This document shows, piece after piece, positions 62,286-64,000 of a stretch of DNA of 64,000 nt; position 1 is the first letter of the stretch; each line of letters begins with the position of its first letter. Both the position numbers and the translations under genes were made by a program. Origin of the DNA: Actinomycetota bacterium. Lineage in GTDB: Bacteria > Actinomycetota > Actinomycetes > S36-B12 > UBA5976. The notes below the pieces were generated by a model. That model was not told the origin of the DNA. It did not search any database and worked only from the letters and a program-made list of their open reading frames with translations. The stretch is from contig RFTJ01000005.1 in NCBI GenBank assembly GCA_009923495.1, positions 39,321-103,320 on the forward strand. Reading direction: 5' to 3'.

Positions 62286-62939
62286 ATGCCGAAAGCAAGC
62301 ATTCGAAATACCCGATCGCTGCGACTAGTTCTTATGGGACTTATCGGAGCATCATTAATGGCAGTTGTAGGAGTTGGCACTTTTGCTGGACTAAATGCAA
62401 CAGCTTCAGCAAGTCACTCAGCTAGTGCCGGAACCTTGTCACTGACAAGTGCAAATCGTGGAGTTGGCTTTAGTCAGAGTGTGTCTAACCTCGCACCTGG
62501 TGATGTAGTTAATCGTTATGTGAACCTCACAAATGGTGGCAGTCTCGACGCAAAGTCTTTGTCACTGAAAATAACTTCAACTGGTACAGCAAGTCTGATT
62601 ACCAATGGTGTAGCACCAGTAACTACCAAAGCAGTCACAGTTACGGTTAACTCCTGCACGGGTACTTGGACAGTAGCTACAGGTGTTTGTAGTGGAACGG
62701 TACAGAGTGAAATATCTGCTACTCCGCTGTCTACATTCGCGACAGCACAAGATTTCGCAGCAAATCCAACTCTGGCCTCACTAGCAGGCCTGAATTTGCA
62801 GATCAAGGTCACTTTGCCAGATCAGGACGAGACCACTACTGATGGAACTCCTCCAGCTAACACTGTGCAGAACGGTTCAGTGAATCTGTCGTATTTGTTT
62901 TACGAAGCGCAGCGAACCTCCACCACAACCAATAGTTAA
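62286..62939 (+). CDS. Exported TasA/camelysin-like protein with a SipW-type signal peptide
   Basis: 217 aa with AAGGAG 8 nt upstream. The N-terminus is RLVLMGLIGASLMAVVGVGTFAGLNATASASHSASAGTLSLTS…, then NLAPGDVVNRYVNLTNGGSLDAKSL… and …NTVQNGSVNLSYLFYEAQ. This resembles the TasA/CalY layout of GTFA-type signal, AGTLxL, PGD…N.GSLD, and a Q-rich C-terminal strand. Confidence 0.7.
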   Translation: MPKASIRNTRSLRLVLMGLIGASLMAVVGVGTFAGLNATASASHSASAGTLSLTSANRGVGFSQSVSNLAPGDVVNRYVNLTNGGSLDAKSLSLKITSTGTASLITNGVAPVTTKAVTVTVNSCTGTWTVATGVCSGTVQSEISATPLSTFATAQDFAANPTLASLAGLNLQIKVTLPDQDETTTDGTPPANTVQNGSVNLSYLFYEAQRTSTTTNS

Positions 62940-62954
62940 TTTGCAATAGACAAT

Positions 62955-62990
62955 GAGGCTGTGAGCTGGGTAAAACCTGCTCACAGCCTC
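62955..62990 (+). promoter_or_regulatory. Intercistronic 12-bp stem-loop between the two exported-protein genes
   Basis: GAGGCTGTGAGC (62955..62966) pairs perfectly with GCTCACAGCCTC (62979..62990) across a 12-nt loop. No T-run follows. The RBS GGAGGTG of the next gene starts 6 nt downstream. Confidence 0.65.
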
Positions 62991-63006
62991 TACCCGGAGG
63001 TGAGTA

Positions 63007-63591
63007 ATGTTTGAATATTCAAAGAGAGATTCCGCAAGAAATAGTTTTGCGTTGCTCGCATTCTCAATTCTCTTTACTTTCACCGCCTCGCTTTGTAATC
63101 CGAGTTTGGCTGCAGTGAAAGGTACTTCGAGTAAAGCCCAGGTAGTAACCAGTACCGGCTGGGGGGCATATTTGGCACCGGCGGGATCAACGCCTAGTCC
63201 GGGACCTTATGTGAATACTTGGATTGCGACCCCTGGAACTCAATTGGCATATCTAGATTTGCTCAATCCGAACACCGTTGCGCTATCTGGAGTGAACTTC
63301 AATCTAAGTTCAGTCGAGCCAAACAGTTCTCGACAAAACGTACCCAGGGTCACTTTCGATGTATGCGTAGGCGCTACCTGGAATGCAACGACTGACACTT
63401 GTTCAGGCACCATCACAAACTTGGGCACTAGTACTGGCGGAACTGTTAACAGTTCGATTGTGATAGGCGCAAACGCGCGCCTCTCCGTTCGACTCACAGT
63501 AGGTAAGACAACCAAAATCTCCTGGACCACCACAATCAATGTTTTAACTGGCAGAGCTCAGGTTCGAGCGGCAATCACAACTAACTCATAA
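63007..63591 (+). CDS. Exported hypothetical protein, diverged paralogue/partner of the TasA-like protein
   Basis: 194 aa with GGAGGTG 7 nt upstream and an N-terminal hydrophobic signal FALLAFSILFTFTASLCNPSLAA. It shares with the upstream protein a Cys-pair motif (DVCVGATWNATTDTCSGTI versus NSCTGTWTVATGVCSGTV) and the C-terminal ending TTNS. Confidence 0.6.
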   Translation: MFEYSKRDSARNSFALLAFSILFTFTASLCNPSLAAVKGTSSKAQVVTSTGWGAYLAPAGSTPSPGPYVNTWIATPGTQLAYLDLLNPNTVALSGVNFNLSSVEPNSSRQNVPRVTFDVCVGATWNATTDTCSGTITNLGTSTGGTVNSSIVIGANARLSVRLTVGKTTKISWTTTINVLTGRAQVRAAITTNS

Positions 63592-63606
63592 CTAGAAGGA
63601 AAATAT

Positions 63607-64000
63607 ATGTATAGGTCAAAAACAAAAACAAGACTAGGAAGGCGAGCAGTAGCCAATGAACAAAGAACCATACTTGCCGCAATCACCCTTTTTCTTTTAA
63701 TGGGCATAGCTTTAACGAGTGTGGCCAGCGCCACTTACATCATGGTCAAGCAGATTCATTTCTCTCGTGTTCTTTCCGACAGCATGAAGCCTGAATTTAA
63801 GCGCGGAGATTTACTGCTAGTTAAGCCAGTCGACAGACTTTCGTTAGAAAAAGGTGACATTGCAGTGTTGCCTATTCTTGGGGAGCCAGGATCTCAGTTT
63901 GCGCACCGAATCATTAATGTTGAGCGAACCAACAACACAGTTCAGGTGCAAACTAAGGGAGACGCTAATCCAGTTATTGATCCATGGAAGTTAACAATTA
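63607..64000 (+). CDS. Signal peptidase I, ER/archaeal (SipW-like) type, 5' part (runs off the window)
   Basis: Not in the ORF track. Hand translation from ATG 63607 (GAAGGA upstream) gives MYRSKTKTRLGRRAVANEQRTILAAITLFLLMGIALTSVASATYIMVKQIHFSRVLSDSMKPEFKRGDLLLVKPVDRLSLEKGDIAVLPILGEPGSQFAHRIINVERTNNTVQVQTKGDANPVIDPWKLTI…. It has a TM anchor, the Ser box SDSMKP, and the His box AHRI and TKGDAN typical of the Ser-His (SipW/Sec11-like) class. Confidence 0.75.
   Translation, partial: MYRSKTKTRLGRRAVANEQRTILAAITLFLLMGIALTSVASATYIMVKQIHFSRVLSDSMKPEFKRGDLLLVKPVDRLSLEKGDIAVLPILGEPGSQFAHRIINVERTNNTVQVQTKGDANPVIDPWKLTI

Overview
The window is a 64-kb chromosomal segment from a moderately low-GC member of the Actinomycetota. 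I could not run BLAST or HMM searches, so every call rests on motifs read from the ORF track or on hand translation.

The backbone follows the classical actinobacterial order as I recall it. It comprises five blocks:
- rlmN-cdsA-frr-pyrH-tsf-rpsB, then xerC-dprA-comM-yraN
- rnhB-lepB-rplS-trmD-rimM-KH-rpsP-ffh-glnD-glnK-amtB
- ftsY-smc-mutM-rnc-rpmF-yceD-coaD-rsmD-recG-DAK2, then rpmB
- thiL-ddl, then gpsA-plsC-hup-leuDC-tRNAGlu-tRNAGln-gltX-FAH-cimA-ilvE-leuB
- leuA, transcribed divergently from leuB

Nearly all backbone genes are on the minus strand, with tiny or overlapping junctions.

Features added by hand that are not in the ORF track:
- a partial rlmN at the left edge
- rpmF (57 aa, GTG start)
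- tRNA-Glu(CUC) and tRNA-Gln(CUG)
- a 13-codon Leu-rich leader peptide plus terminator hairpin in front of leuA
- a candidate GlnR box upstream of amtB
- several rho-independent terminators
- the 5' part of an ER/archaeal-type (SipW-like) signal peptidase gene at the right edge

Accessory insertions in the backbone are the most interesting part:
- (i) The right-hand end (61.3-64.0 kb) holds a divergent OmpR-type response regulator whose phospho-acceptor Asp is replaced by Ser. It faces an operon of two exported TasA/camelysin-like proteins and a dedicated SipW-like peptidase. This resembles a fibre or matrix assembly module whose function in Actinomycetota is unknown to me.
- (ii) A cytoplasmic GT4 / unknown / GH130-like three-gene operon lies at 57.6-61.3 kb.
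- (iii) A Sec-exported protein made of about 30 RTX-type nonapeptide repeats is inserted between yraN and the DUF2469 gene.
- (iv) An orphan membrane protein is inserted in opposite orientation between amtB and ftsY.
- (v) A small island at 38.1-43.7 kb carries an internally duplicated membrane protein, an ABC-F ATPase, a cupin-like oxygenase, a saccharopine-dehydrogenase-family protein and a lipoprotein.

I saw no CRISPR array, rRNA gene, transposase or prophage.
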